Source of the DNA: an uncultured Flavobacteriaceae bacterium
GTDB lineage: Bacteria; Bacteroidota; Bacteroidia; AKYH767-A; OLB10
Assembly: GCA_964458125.1 (NCBI GenBank)
Contig: CAYWHE010000002.1
Coordinates: 2,202 to 49,453 of the forward strand
Length of the DNA stretch: 47,252 nt
Reading direction: 5' to 3'
The position numbers were made by a program, and so were the translations under genes. The notes below the pieces were generated by a model. The model was not told the origin of the DNA, searched no databases, and was given only the letters and a program-made list of their open reading frames with translations. Numbering within the stretch: position 1 is the stretch's first letter; each line of letters starts with the position of its first letter. This document shows positions 11,601 through 23,000 of the stretch, piece by piece.

Positions 11601-13964
11601 CAGGAAGGAATAGGGTGCCGTACCGCCTGAAACGGAAAGGCTTACCGAACCGTTGCTAAAACCAAAACAGCCGGCGTGATTCACGGAAACAACCGCGGGA
11701 TTGAGTGGGGCTGCAGGCTGAGCGATGACGATGGCGGGCAGGGAGGTGGTGCAGCCGTTGGCATCGGAAATGGAAACGGTATAGGAACCGGAAGAAAGAT
11801 TGCTGATGTTTTGCGACACCTCACCTGAATTCCAGGCAAAGGAATAGGGGGATGTTCCGCCGGAGACCAATAAGGTGATGCTTCCGTTGTTCCCGCCGTA
11901 GCAGGATGCGGGGGATGCGGAAACGGTGGAGGCGTTCAGAGGAGCCAAAGGCTGCGAAACGGAAATGGAACTGTTCAGGGTGGTGCAACCGTTTGCATCG
12001 GTAACGGTTACTGTATATGAACCAGCGGTGATGCCGGAAATATTCTGTGTGGAAGCCCCGTTGCTCCAGATAAAGGCATACGGCGGCGTACCGCCGGACA
12101 CATTCAGGTTGATCCAGGCATTGCTGCCGTTGTTGCAGGAAACCTGTGCCAGTCCGGCAACCGATGTGTTCAGGGCAGTAGCCGGTTGTGCAAGGGCAAT
12201 AGCGGAAGAGACCGCGGAGCATCCCAGGGCATCGGTGACGGTAGCGGTATAAACTCCTGCGCTCAGGGAGGAGATTTGTGATGTGGTGGCCCCGTTGTTC
12301 CAGAGATAGGTATAGCCGGCGGTTCCGCCGCTGACATTCAGGCTGATGGAACCATTGCTGCCGCCGTTACAGGATACCGCGGTGAGTGATCCCGTGGACA
12401 CCGACAGGGGAGCGGCAGGCTGGCTGATCACCAGGTTTTCCAGCGATATGGAACAGCCATGGGCATCGGTAACCACCACCGAGTAAGAACCGCTGCTCAA
12501 CTGGCTGATGGTTGATGTCGTTCCGCCGTTACTCCAGTTGTACGTATATGGAGCGGTTCCCCCGCTGACCAGCAGGCTCATGGATCCGTTGTTGCCATTA
12601 AAGCAGTTATTATGGGTTGTTGATGAAATGGAGGCCTGAATGACATTCACATTTGCAATGACTACAGACCGGGTTGCCGAACAGGATGCCTGATCCGTAA
12701 CGGTAACCGTATAGATACCCGATGATAAGCCTGAGATGTCTTCGGTACTCTGGCCGGAACTCCAGTTATATGCAAAAGGTGAATAGCCGCCGTTGACAGT
12801 CAGATTTATCGAGCCCTGTGATGTATTGCAGGAATAGTCAGTATGGGTTTCCAGCAGTGTAGCTGAATTTACAGTAACGTTTTTTGTACATGTTCCCGAG
12901 TAGTTAGCTGAAGTCATGGTGATATTGATCGTATAGAATCCATTGGTATTTCCGTTGTTAACCGTAACGGATGCGCCTGTGTTGGAACCCGATATATATG
13001 CTCCGGAAGTATTATTCAGCAATGTCCACGTATAGGTATAGCCGATAAATGGTGAAATACTGAAGGTTGAAAGATCATCCTTACAAACATTGGTTGTACC
13101 GGAGATATCACACGGAGGTACGGAAATTACTGCTGCTGCTGAAAGTGACCGGTCCTGGTTTCCTCCCGCACCGTCAACAGAGTGAAGGCTCATGTGATAA
13201 GGTGAACCACTGATGCCTGAAGCGGAATTGTTAGGGCACCAGTCTGCAGCGCAGGCAATATGTCCACCCCATGCAAAAACGACAGTTGAATTGGTTGTAG
13301 TAAATGTGATTCTCATAATTGATTCGGAGGAAGAAACATTTAAGTCACCATAGTTGCCATTACTGTTCAGTACATATTGCATGTTGGTTATTGCTGTACC
13401 GTTATACATGGTCATCACCCTTTCACCTGCCGGCAAGGCATTGAAGGTTGTTATGGGTTGTGGCAGGTTGGTACAGGCAACTGTTTTATTCACAACCGGG
13501 GCAGGAATGGGATAACTTACAGGCGACGGATTAATTCCGCTGAGTCCGGATAAGGGATTAATTGCCTCAGCCGGATGTGAGAACTGTGCGTGAGGATCCA
13601 ATCGTTGAAAATGGGTGATAAAATCAATGGCATTTACACTGCTGTGTGTGATATCCCATCCTATTTCGATATAATGTGTCCCCGGAGTCAGGCCGGTTAC
13701 AACACACCGGTATGGAACCGACATGCTTTCCGTATAATGCGAATTGGATGATCCCGCATTTCCGTTTACCCAATTAACGGGAGAAATCGGAGAGGCAAAA
13801 GATCCATTTCTAGCCTGGTCGATATTGCCAGATTGTGCCAATGAAATTGAAGGAAGTAAGATCAGTAATAGCGTCTTTAGAAAATTTCCATGCTTTGATG
13901 CTGGAGAGTCAATCCCTGAATGGTCTGATCGGACAAACCTGTTGGGCCAATATCTTGTTTTCAT
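5610..13964 (-). CDS. Giant SprB-repeat adhesin (2,784 aa) with T9SS type-B sorting domain
   Basis: Single 8.36-kb ORF starting at ATG 13964. A hydrophobic leader (LLLILLPSISLAQ) precedes a ~330-aa unique N-terminal region. Then come 28 tandem ~76-aa SprB-type repeats (C[FY]G..NG.I.L.V.GGT.PY.F.WSNG...QN...L.AG.Y.VTVTD.NGC), Ig-like segments, and a C-terminal type-B CTD (LVIPTGFSPNSDGINDGY...IYNRWGNLIF...WDG...GTYFY). Confidence 0.9.
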   Translation of the reverse strand: MKTRYWPNRFVRSDHSGIDSPASKHGNFLKTLLLILLPSISLAQSGNIDQARNGSFASPISPVNWVNGNAGSSNSHYTESMSVPYRCVVTGLTPGTHYIEIGWDITHSSVNAIDFITHFQRLDPHAQFSHPAEAINPLSGLSGINPSPVSYPIPAPVVNKTVACTNLPQPITTFNALPAGERVMTMYNGTAITNMQYVLNSNGNYGDLNVSSSESIMRITFTTTNSTVVFAWGGHIACAADWCPNNSASGISGSPYHMSLHSVDGAGGNQDRSLSAAAVISVPPCDISGTTNVCKDDLSTFSISPFIGYTYTWTLLNNTSGAYISGSNTGASVTVNNGNTNGFYTINITMTSANYSGTCTKNVTVNSATLLETHTDYSCNTSQGSINLTVNGGYSPFAYNWSSGQSTEDISGLSSGIYTVTVTDQASCSATRSVVIANVNVIQASISSTTHNNCFNGNNGSMSLLVSGGTAPYTYNWSNGGTTSTISQLSSGSYSVVVTDAHGCSISLENLVISQPAAPLSVSTGSLTAVSCNGGSNGSISLNVSGGTAGYTYLWNNGATTSQISSLSAGVYTATVTDALGCSAVSSAIALAQPATALNTSVAGLAQVSCNNGSNAWINLNVSGGTPPYAFIWSNGASTQNISGITAGSYTVTVTDANGCTTLNSSISVSQPLAPLNASTVSASPASCYGGNNGSITLLVSGGTSPYSFAWNSGEVSQNISNLSSGSYTVSISDANGCTTSLPAIVIAQPAAPLNPAVVSVNHAGCFGFSNGSVSLSVSGGTAPYSFLWSNGASSQNITSLPAGSYSVTVTDFNGCLAAIQAILIDEPPAALAASVSSISNVSCNGGSNGALQITVAGGTAPYSFLWNNGATTEAISGLSTGNYSVTITDLNGCVDDISSILISQPLNPVQASASSTSNVACHGNASGSIDLQVSGGTPGYTYLWSNGHQSQDLNNIPAGSYTVTVTDDNGCIFTAAAIQVTQPAAPISASATTTSNVSCNSGANGAIQLAVNGGTAPYSFLWSNGASTQNIAGLYAGNYVVTITDANGCVSNSSTSISQPPGSLNSSINVSQQVLCFGGQNGSINLSATGGTPPYSFQWSNGETTEDIAGLQAGTYSVIVIDNNGCINVSSAVIAQPAATLSVGITAQSAVACFGGSNGSVDLTVSGGTPPYAFNWSNGASTEDQFALPAGSYTVSVTDANGCSVSQSAISIAGPPEPLSASISAAAQVDCFGGNNGALTVLAAGGTPPYSYLWNNGSSSSAASQLSAGTYSVLVSDANGCFTSLNNLLVSQPVNPLTISASSISPVSCFGGNNGAVNLSVNGGTASYSFHWSNGASSQNLSAVQAGQYSVTVTDANGCSGQVNAISVPQPPLALSSSLAASADVSCFGGSNGSIFLNVAGGTAPYTFNWSNGSSSQNNSAIPAGSYTVTVTDDNGCSTVQTGLVIAQPPAALVAQVSASSDVACFGGNNGSLNLSVAGGTAPYTFNWSNGAQSQNIASLPAGSYSVAITDANGCSTSLPAITIEQPAAALSAAVTSSTPVACFGNNTGNISLSVAGGTSPYAFAWSNGASSQNLSAIPSGSYNVTITDDHGCITSIAAISIAQPPAALQAALAGNTPVDCFGNNSGALSLNVAGGTAPYAFNWSNGSQSQNLSSVPAGSYSVSITDANGCNTSLAGLNISQPPAALASAVASSSNVDCYGAASGSISLSSSGGTPPYSFFWSNGSSLQNITGLTAGSYAVTVTDDNGCSNTLAAILVSQPAAPLAGSAITTQNVSCNSGGNGTVSLSVNGGSPPYAFLWSNAASTQNISGLYSGSYFVTVTDANGCLFHASANVSQPPGALSSSIAVTLQVDCYGNHSGAIALSPAGGTPPYAYLWSNGATSQNLSNLPSGIYSTTITDANGCINTAAAMVTQPAAPLNPSLASTTNVDCFGAGNGVLAVAASGGTAPYTFLWNNGQAAASVSGLQPGSYTVTVTDANGCSAILPALLISQPAAALSASVSSNSPVDCFGGMNGALSLATNGGTPPYNYLWSNGALSSSIANLMAGSYDATITDANGCVFQVTGLAVIQPPAALNANTSAITSVSCFGGNNGAISLSVTGGTAPYAYLWNTGDTLASLAGLDSGAYAVQVTDINGCSTSLSGIAVSQPLAPLAPTATVLQHVDCFGGVNGLIDLNTAGGTVPYTFLWSNGDTNEDAANLSSGTYTVIVTDANGCTGTASAKIGQPDTILVANISSVTDVACYGELTGLINISVQGGTYPYYYLWSNGMTTKTISGLAAGSYSVTVTDSKGCSFALSAGVSQPAAALTATIAVTQQVLCFGAPTGAIDLQPANGTPPYSFYWSNGNTSEDLAGAGAGTYTVTLTDANGCTILASATIGQPSGALVPLAQISQLIDCYNNPTGAIDLSVTMGTPPYAYLWSNGATSQDIASLNAGTYTVTVTDANGCTASLSVVMAQPLSPLSASAHTTAANCLFGSGGTITTFVNGGTAPYVFNWSNGATSQNLQQLLAGSYTVTITDARGCNTTAVYSIADNSIFHAVATGPTEVCIGELVTLSADSIPGVVYQWYLNGQPLQGANSFTFTTPAAGSYTVIVANACGSYVSEPISVTVHQVGQVSTSPNSIICTRDGESAQLYVYGGISYQWNPEQGLNYSNIYNPLAAPLQSTVYTVTITGEFGCQKTATIEVGIDCDTLVIPTGFSPNSDGINDGYTITGIENYPGNKIWIYNRWGNLIFKTHDYNNNWDGISNVSGIYIGKKVPPGTYFYILDLNNHSKPIQGYITLRY
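5670..12597 (-). repeat. Copy A of a 6,928-bp perfect direct repeat (partner 14102-21029)
   Basis: Base-for-base identity to the partner at a constant offset of 8,432 wherever I compared lines. All antisense ORFs in the track recur with the same offset and identical translations. The first mismatches are at 5669/14101 and 12598/21030. Confidence 0.95.
6390..12850 (-). repeat. Tandem array of 28 SprB-type coding repeats (~228-231 bp each) in the 2,784-aa gene; boundaries approximate
   Basis: I counted 28 occurrences of the PY.[FY].W[SN].G core in the translation. The TDANGC-encoding string ccgttggcatcggt recurs once per unit on the plus strand. Confidence 0.8.
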
Positions 13965-14041
13965 TATCTTATTGCAGTTTGTTGATGTTTGGTTTTATAA
14001 GTTGCGGAATTAATAGGTATATATTTGAATTTAGTTATTTC

Positions 14042-17000
14042 CTAATACCTTAATGTAATATATCCCTGTACCGGTTTTGAATCGTTATTCAGGTCCAGGA
14101 CATAGAAATACGTTCCCGGCGGCACTTTTTTTCCAATGTAGATACCCGAGACATTGGAGATACCGTCCCAGTTGTTGTTGTAATCATGTGTTTTAAAGAT
14201 GAGGTTACCCCACCGGTTGTAAATCCATATTTTATTGCCCGGGTAATTTTCAATGCCTGTAATGGTATAGCCATCGTTGATTCCATCGCTGTTAGGGGAA
14301 AAGCCTGTCGGAATCACCAGTGTATCGCAATCAATACCGACTTCAATGGTAGCGGTTTTCTGACAGCCGAACTCACCGGTTATGGTAACGGTGTAGACGG
14401 TGGATTGCAGTGGCGCGGCAAGTGGATTGTAAATGTTGCTGTAGTTGAGACCCTGTTCTGGATTCCATTGGTAGGAGATACCACCGTAGACGTAAAGCTG
14501 GGCGGATTCTCCGTCCCTGGTGCAGATGATAGAATTGGGGCTGGTGGAGACCTGTCCGACCTGGTGGACGGTAACGGAGATGGGTTCGGAAACATAGCTG
14601 CCGCAGGCATTGGCCACTATAACCGTATACGAACCGGCGGCAGGGGTTGTGAATGTAAAGGAGTTAGCACCCTGCAGGGGCTGCCCGTTGAGGTACCACT
14701 GGTAAACGACCCCCGGAATGGAATCGGCCGAGAGGGTGACCAGTTCACCGATGCACACTTCGGTAGGTCCTGTTGCTACGGCATGGAATATGGAATTATC
14801 GGCAATGGAGTAAACAGCGGTGGTGTTGCAGCCCCTGGCATCGGTGATGGTGACAGTATAGGATCCAGCCAAAAGCTGCTGGAGGTTCTGCGAGGTGGCG
14901 CCATTACTCCAGTTAAAGACATAGGGAGCAGTACCACCGTTGACAAAGGTGGTGATGGTACCTCCGCTGCCAAAGAGGCAGTTGGCAGCCGTGGTATGAG
15001 CGGAAGCGGACAGTGGAGACAGGGGCTGTGCCATCACCACGCTCAGAGAAGCAGTACAGCCGTTGGCATCGGTGACGGTGACGGTATAGGTACCTGCGTT
15101 GAGAGATGCGATATCCTGTGAGGTGGCTCCGTTGCTCCAGAGGTATGCATAGGGTGGCGTACCCATGGTGACGGAAAGATCGATGGCGCCGGTTGGATTA
15201 TTGTAACAATCAATGAGCTGGCTGATCTGCGCCAGGGGAACAAGCGCTCCGGAAGGTTGCCCGATGGTGGCGGAAGCCAGGATTGTGCAACCGTTGGCAT
15301 CGGTAAGGGTAACGGTGTATGTACCTGCCCCGGCCCCGGCGAGGTCTTCGGAGGTGTTACCGTTGCTCCAGTAGAATGAATAAGGCGGAGTACCATTGGC
15401 AGGCTGCAGGTCGATAGCCCCGGTTGGCGCACCGAAACAAAGGACCTGTTGTGTAACAGCAATTGTTGCGGTAAGTGCGGCGGCAGGCTGGCTCACACCG
15501 GCAGAGAGGGCGAATGAACAACCTTTGCTGTCGGTTACGGTGACCGAATAGGATCCTGCGGCAAGCCCGGAGATGGTCTTGGTGGTCATGCCGTTACTCC
15601 AGAGATAATAATAGGGGTATGTTCCACCTTGTACGGAAATATTGATGAGCCCGGTGAGTTCGCCATAGCAGGCCACATCGGTAACCGATGAAATATTGGC
15701 CACCAGGATTGTATCGGGCTGGCCGATTTTAGCCGAAGCGGTTCCTGTACAACCGTTGGCATCTGTAACAATAACAGTATAGGTACCGGAAGAGAGATTG
15801 GCGGCATCTTCATTGGTATCCCCGTTGCTCCAAAGAAAGGTATATGGGACCGTTCCACCGGCAGTGTTCAGATCAATGAGCCCATTGACTCCTCCGAAAC
15901 AGTCGACATGCTGGAGCACAGTTGCGGTAGGAGCCAGCGGGGCCAGGGGCTGAGAGACCGCAATACCGGATAGGGAGGTGGAACAGCCGTTGATATCAGT
16001 GACCTGGACGGCGTAGGCACCGGAATCAAGGCCGGCCAGGGAAGCGAGTGTATCACCGGTATTCCAGAGATAGGCATAGGGTGCAGTACCGCCTGTAACC
16101 GAGAGGCTGATGGCGCCGTTGTTGCCTCCGAAACAACTGACGGACGTGATGGCGGAAGTATTGGCATTGAGTGCAGCAGGAGGCTGGATGACGGCCAGGC
16201 CCGTAACCTGAAAGACACAACCGTTGGCATCGGTGATGGTTGCATCGTATGAACCGGCCATGAGGTTGGCGATGGATGAGGAGAGGGCCCCATTGCTCCA
16301 GAGGTAATTGTATGGAGGAGTACCGCCGTTGGTGGCCAGGGAGAGGGCCCCGTTCATACCGCCGAAACAATCAACGGGTGAGTTGGAAGAAACCGAAGCA
16401 CTAAGGGCAGCGGCAGGCTGTGAGATGAGCAGAGCCGGGAGGATGGCCGAACAACCGTTGGCATCGGTAACAGTAACAGTATAAGAACCTGGCTGCAGAC
16501 CGGAAACAGAAGCGGCAGCCTGACCGTTATTCCACAGGAAGGTATAGGGTGCGGTACCACCGGATGCGGCAACGGCAAGGACACCGTTACCGGCGCCAAA
16601 ACAATCCACGTTTGTTGTTGAAGCCAGGGAGGGGTTCAGGGGAGCGGCAGGCTGGGTGACCATGGCGGCTGCGGTGTTGATACAACCGTTGGCATCGGTG
16701 ATGGTGGTGGAATAGATACCGGAAGGGAGGTTGGAGAGGTTTTGTGAAGTGGCCCCGTTGCTCCAGAGGTAGGCGTATGGTGGAGTTCCGCCGGCAGGGG
16801 AAAGAGCAATGGCCCCGGAATGGTTACCGTAGCAGTCGACCTGGAGGGTGACGGCGATGGAGCTGCTCAGTGCACCCGGAGGCTGGGAAACGTTGGCGGA
16901 AGCATGAAACAGGCATCCGTTGGCATCGGTGACCGTGACGAAATAGGAACCGGAATACAGGCCGGAAATATTCTGAGTGGAGGCGGCATTGCTCCACAGG

Positions 17001-20000
17001 AAGGCATAGGGAGGGGAACCACCGTTGACAGAGAGGGAGACGGTTCCGTTACCACCGGAATTACAGGAGACGTTTTGTGTGGTGATGGCGCTGCCGGCAA
17101 GAGGAGCTGCCGGCTGACTGACCAGGATGGCGGCCAGGGTGTTGGAACATCCGTTGTCATCGGTAACGGTAACGGCATACGAACCGGCGGTTAGGCCTGT
17201 GATGTTTTGGAGGGAGGATCCGTTACTCCAGAAGAAGGAATAAGGAGGAGTGCCCCCGGAAGAGGAGAGGGAGATGCTTCCGGAAGCAGCGCCATAACAA
17301 TCCACGTTGGAAGAGGAAGCGACGGCACTGGCAAGGGCGGCGGGAGGCTGGCTGATGTTCAGGCCCGCCAGGGAGGTATTGCAGCCGTTGGCATCGGTGA
17401 TGGAAACGGAGTAAGAACCAGCGGGAACGGAAGAGAGGTTTTGGGACTGGCTGCCGTTGCTCCAGTTAAAAGCATAAGGAGCGGTACCGCCGGCAACGTT
17501 GAGGGAAAGGGCTCCTGAATTGTTGCCGAAACAGTCCACGGGAGTGTTACCGGCCAGTGCGGCCTGGAGGGCAGCCGGGGGCTGTGCAATGGAGATGGCG
17601 GCAATGGAGGTGATACAGCCGTGATCATCGGTGATGGTGACGTTGTAGGAACCGGAAGGGATGGCGGAGAGGTTTTGGGAAGAGGCCCCGTTGCTCCAGG
17701 CGAATGCATAAGGGGATGTGCCGCCGGCAACGGAGAGGGAGATGTTTCCGGTGTTGTTTCCAAAGCAGGCCACCGGGGTGCTGGAGGTGACGGCAGCGCT
17801 CAGGGCGGCAGCAGGCTGTTCAATGGTGATGGCGGGCAGGGAAGTGGAACATCCATTGGCATCGGTGATGGCAACGGAGTAAGAACCAGCGGGCAGGGAA
17901 GCGATGTTTTGGGACTGTGCCCCGTTGCTCCAGTTGAAGGTGTAGGGAGCGGTTCCACCGGCAACGGAGAGGTTCAGGGAGCCGTTGTTACCGCCGAAGC
18001 AGGCGACATCCGAGGAGGCGGAGACCTGGGCGACCAGTGCAGCGGGAGGCTGTGCGATGACCAGGCCGGTCTGGACAGTAGAACAGCCATTGTCATCGGT
18101 AACGGTCACCGTATATGAACCGGCGGGAATAGCGGAGTTGTTCTGGGAAGAACTGCCGTTGCTCCAGTTAAAAGTATAAGGAGCGGTACCTCCGGCCACG
18201 TTGAGGAAGATGGATCCGTTGCTGCCGCCGAAGCAGGAAACATCAGCGGAAGCGGCAAGGGAAGAGGAGAGGGCAAGGGGCGGCTGAGGCACGCTGATGG
18301 CGTTAACCTGTCCGGAACAGCCGTTGGCATCGGTGACGGTTACCGAGTACTGACCGGCCTGGACAGCGGAAAGGTTTTGAGAGGAGGCCCCGTTGCTCCA
18401 GTGAAAGGAATAGGAAGCCGTACCACCGTTGACGGAGAGGTTGACGGCTCCGTTGTTTCCCCCGAAACAGGAGACCGGGGAGATGGAAGAGGCGGAAATT
18501 GTCAGGGGGTTAACCGGCTGAGAAACCAGGAGGTTGTTCAGGGAGGTGAAGCAACCGTTGGCGTCGGAAACTAAAACCGAATAGGTCCCTGCCGATAACT
18601 GGGAGGCAGCGGAGGAAGAAGATCCGTTGTTCCACAGATAGGAATAGGGCGGGGTACCGCCGGCAGCCAGGACCGTGAGAGCTCCGTTGTTGCCACCGAA
18701 GCAATCTACCTGAGCGGCAGCGGAAATGGAAGCGCTCAATGGTTCAGGGGGCCCAGCAATGGAAATGGCGGATTGAGAAACGGAGCATCCGTTGGCATCG
18801 GTAACAGAAACCGTATACGAACCTGCAGGGAGAGCGAACTGATCTTCAGTAGAGGCTCCGTTGCTCCAGTTGAAAGCATAGGGAGGGGTGCCACCGCTGA
18901 CGGTTAAGTCGACCGAACCGTTGCTGCCTCCAAAACAGGCAACGGCGGACTGGGCCGTAATACCAACAGACAGGGTAGCGGCAGGCTGAGCGATAACGGC
19001 GGAAGAGACATTGATGCAGCCGTTGTTATCAATAACGATAACGGAATAAGTGCCGGCCTGGAGACCGGCGATGTCTTCGGTGGTTTCGCCGTTGCTCCAC
19101 TGGAAGGAATAGGGAGGGGTGCCGCCGGTAGCGGAAAGGTTGATCGATCCGTTCTGACCACCAAAGCAGAGCACCTGCTGACTGACGTTAATGGAGGAGT
19201 TGAGGGATCCCGGAGGTTGGGAAATGGAGGTCGAAGAATTGGAGACACAACCGTTGGCATCGGTAATGGTGACGACATAGTTACCGGCATAAAGGCCGGC
19301 AATATTCTGTGTGGAGGCTCCGTTGCTCCAGAGAAAGGAATAGGGAGCCGTTCCGCCGTTGACGGCCAGTTGGATGGCTCCATTGGCGCCGGAGTTACAG
19401 GAGACATTGGAAGTGGTGGTAGCGGAAGCGGAGATTGGAGCGGCCGGTTGGGTAACCTGGATGGCGGCAGCAGTGAAGATACAACCGTTATCATCGGTTA
19501 CGGTGACGGTATAGGAACCGGCCGGTATATTGTTCAGATCCTGGGACTGATGGCCATTGCTCCAGAGGTAGGTATAACCGGGGGTGCCTCCCGAGACCTG
19601 CAAATCGATGGATCCGGAGGCGTTTCCATGGCAGGCGACATTGGAAGTGGAGGAAGCGGAAGCCTGTACAGGGTTGAGAGGCTGGGAAATGAGGATGGAA
19701 GAGATGTCATCCACACAACCGTTCAGATCGGTAATGGTGACGGAATAGTTCCCGGTAGAGAGACCGGAAATGGCCTCGGTGGTGGCGCCATTGTTCCACA
19801 GGAAGGAGTAAGGAGCGGTACCGCCGGCGACAGTAATTTGAAGCGCACCATTGCTGCCGCCGTTGCAGGAGACGTTGGAGATGGAAGAAACGGATGCAGC
19901 CAGAGCCGCGGGAGGTTCATCAATAAGAATGGCCTGAATGGCGGCCAGGCAGCCGTTGAAGTCGGTAACGGTTACTGAATATGAACCTGCAGGCAGGGAA

Positions 20001-23000
20001 GTTATGTTTTGGGAGGAGGCTCCGTTGCTCCACAGGAAGGAATAGGGTGCCGTACCGCCTGAAACGGAAAGGCTTACCGAACCGTTGCTAAAACCAAAAC
20101 AGCCGGCGTGATTCACGGAAACAACCGCGGGATTGAGTGGGGCTGCAGGCTGAGCGATGACGATGGCGGGCAGGGAGGTGGTGCAGCCGTTGGCATCGGA
20201 AATGGAAACGGTATAGGAACCGGAAGAAAGATTGCTGATGTTTTGCGACACCTCACCTGAATTCCAGGCAAAGGAATAGGGGGATGTTCCGCCGGAGACC
20301 AATAAGGTGATGCTTCCGTTGTTCCCGCCGTAGCAGGATGCGGGGGATGCGGAAACGGTGGAGGCGTTCAGAGGAGCCAAAGGCTGCGAAACGGAAATGG
20401 AACTGTTCAGGGTGGTGCAACCGTTTGCATCGGTAACGGTTACTGTATATGAACCAGCGGTGATGCCGGAAATATTCTGTGTGGAAGCCCCGTTGCTCCA
20501 GATAAAGGCATACGGCGGCGTACCGCCGGACACATTCAGGTTGATCCAGGCATTGCTGCCGTTGTTGCAGGAAACCTGTGCCAGTCCGGCAACCGATGTG
20601 TTCAGGGCAGTAGCCGGTTGTGCAAGGGCAATAGCGGAAGAGACCGCGGAGCATCCCAGGGCATCGGTGACGGTAGCGGTATAAACTCCTGCGCTCAGGG
20701 AGGAGATTTGTGATGTGGTGGCCCCGTTGTTCCAGAGATAGGTATAGCCGGCGGTTCCGCCGCTGACATTCAGGCTGATGGAACCATTGCTGCCGCCGTT
20801 ACAGGATACCGCGGTGAGTGATCCCGTGGACACCGACAGGGGAGCGGCAGGCTGGCTGATCACCAGGTTTTCCAGCGATATGGAACAGCCATGGGCATCG
20901 GTAACCACCACCGAGTAAGAACCGCTGCTCAACTGGCTGATGGTTGATGTCGTTCCGCCGTTACTCCAGTTGTACGTATATGGAGCGGTTCCCCCGCTGA
21001 CCAGCAGGCTCATGGATCCGTTGTTGCCACTGTAACAGGATACAGCAGTGGTATTGGAAAGGACTGCATTCAGCGCAGCGGGTGGTTGTGTTACCGAAAT
21101 ACCTGCCTGGCCGGTTGTACATCCGTGGCTATCGGTAACGGTAACCGTATATGATCCTGCTGGCAGTGAAGCGGGATCTTCAGCCTGTGATCCGGTGTTC
21201 CACAGGTAGGTATAGGGTGAAGTTCCGCCGGAGACCGTCAAATCTACTGCACCATTTCCACCCCCGAAGCATGACACTTCTGTGACGGCGGTAATTCCTG
21301 CTGTAAGCGGGCCTGAAGGCTCCATGATCACTCCTGTCGAAACATTGATGCAGCCATTCTGATCCGTTACGGTAACCGTATAACTCCCGGCTGCCAGGTT
21401 GCTGATATCTTCGGATGAGGCGCCATTGCTCCACTGGTAATTATATGGCGGTGTTCCGCCCGTGCTGTTCAGATTTATCGAACCGTTACCGCCGGCATAG
21501 CAAAGCACCTGCTGGGTGACGGTTATGGAGCTGTTTAACGATCCGGCCGGCTGGCTGATCGTAGCGGAAGCTGTTGAGGAACAACCTTTGGAGTCGGTAA
21601 TGGTCACCACGTAGGTTCCGGCATATAAACCGGATACATTCTGGTTTCCGGATCCGTTGCTCCAGAGATAGGAATATCCTGGTGTTCCTCCGGTTACCTG
21701 AAGGTTGATCGAACCGTTTGCACCTGAATTGCAGGATACATTGGAAGCGGTTGTGGCGGTTCCGGTAACAGGCTGCGCCGGTTGTGAAACTACCAGTGAA
21801 GCTGCGATGGTCGTGCAACCGTGTCCATCGGTAACCGTGACAGCATAGGAACCGGCCGGAATGTTGTTCAGGTCCTGGGAAATGGCCCCATTGCTCCACT
21901 GGTAGACGTAGGGAGTCGTTCCCCCGTTGACCGACAGGTTAATGGAACCTGACGTATTTCCGAAACATGCTACCGGATTGATGCTGACGGCTGAAACGGT
22001 CAGGCTGGCGGATGGCTGGGAGATGGAAATCCCGTTTACGGTTTTTGAACATCCCTGTGAATCCGTAACTGTTACCGAATAATTGCCTGCTGCCAGGTTG
22101 CTGATGTCCTGCGTGCTGTTTCCATTGCTCCAGTTAAACTGATAAGGTGCAGTGCCGCCTGAAACGTTAAGGGTTATAGCTCCGTTGCTGCCACCGGTAC
22201 AAGTCACATCGGTATTCGAGGAAACAAAGGCAGCGACTGATGCGGCAGGCTGGCTGATACTGATGGCGCTTAATTGCAGCGTACATCCATTATTATCTGT
22301 AACCGACACGGTATAAATTCCCGCCTGTAAGCCGGAGATATTCTGTGAAATGGCCCCGTTGCTCCATTGCCAGGAATAGGGCGCTGTTCCGCCGGCTGCC
22401 ACGGTGCTGATGGCACCGTTCGAACCGTTAAAACAGGATACGTCTGCAGTGGATGATGCGGATCCTGACAGTGCTGATGCCGGCTGGGAAAGGGTTGCCG
22501 ATGTGGTTGCCGTACATCCCAGGGCGCTGGTAACGGTAACCGTATAGGTACCGGAGGCTGCATTGGAAATATTCTGCAGCGTGGCACCATTGCTCCAGTT
22601 GAATGAATAGGGACTGTTGCTGTTTGAAACCGTCAGGCTGATTGTTCCGGTGGTTTGGCCGAAACAATTTATATCGGACTGAGCCGTCGTTACCTGGGGC
22701 TTTTTCCTGAGTGTCAGCACCATCGTGTCTTTCGGTGTAGAACATCCATACCGGGGCGCCAGGAAGAGTGAAACAGATCCCGCATTGATATCGGCGGCCG
22801 AGGGAAAATATTTTACACTGTAACTGCTGTCATCCGGATAAAAAACTCCTGAACCGGAACTCGTCCATTGTTTGGAGCCCGAATATGCGGCAGACGAGAA
22901 GGCAATTGAACCGTTCAGGGTAACGGAATCGGATCCGGAAACGGTAACACAAACCGATTGATCGGCACCGGCGTTGGTAACCAGGTAATCAGGGACGGAA

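Noticed and set aside
6390-12850. Regular ~228-bp periodicity that could superficially resemble a repeat-spacer array
   Set aside because: The period is far longer than CRISPR units and there are no short identical direct repeats separated by unique spacers. The whole region is one coding frame of SprB-type protein repeats, and no cas genes are present.
13965-14041. A mobile element or IS as the cause of the 6.9-kb duplication
   Set aside because: The 77-bp spacer between the genes and both repeat edges show no transposase, terminal inverted repeats or target-site duplication. Both edges lie inside coding sequence and in frame, which fits homologous recombination instead.
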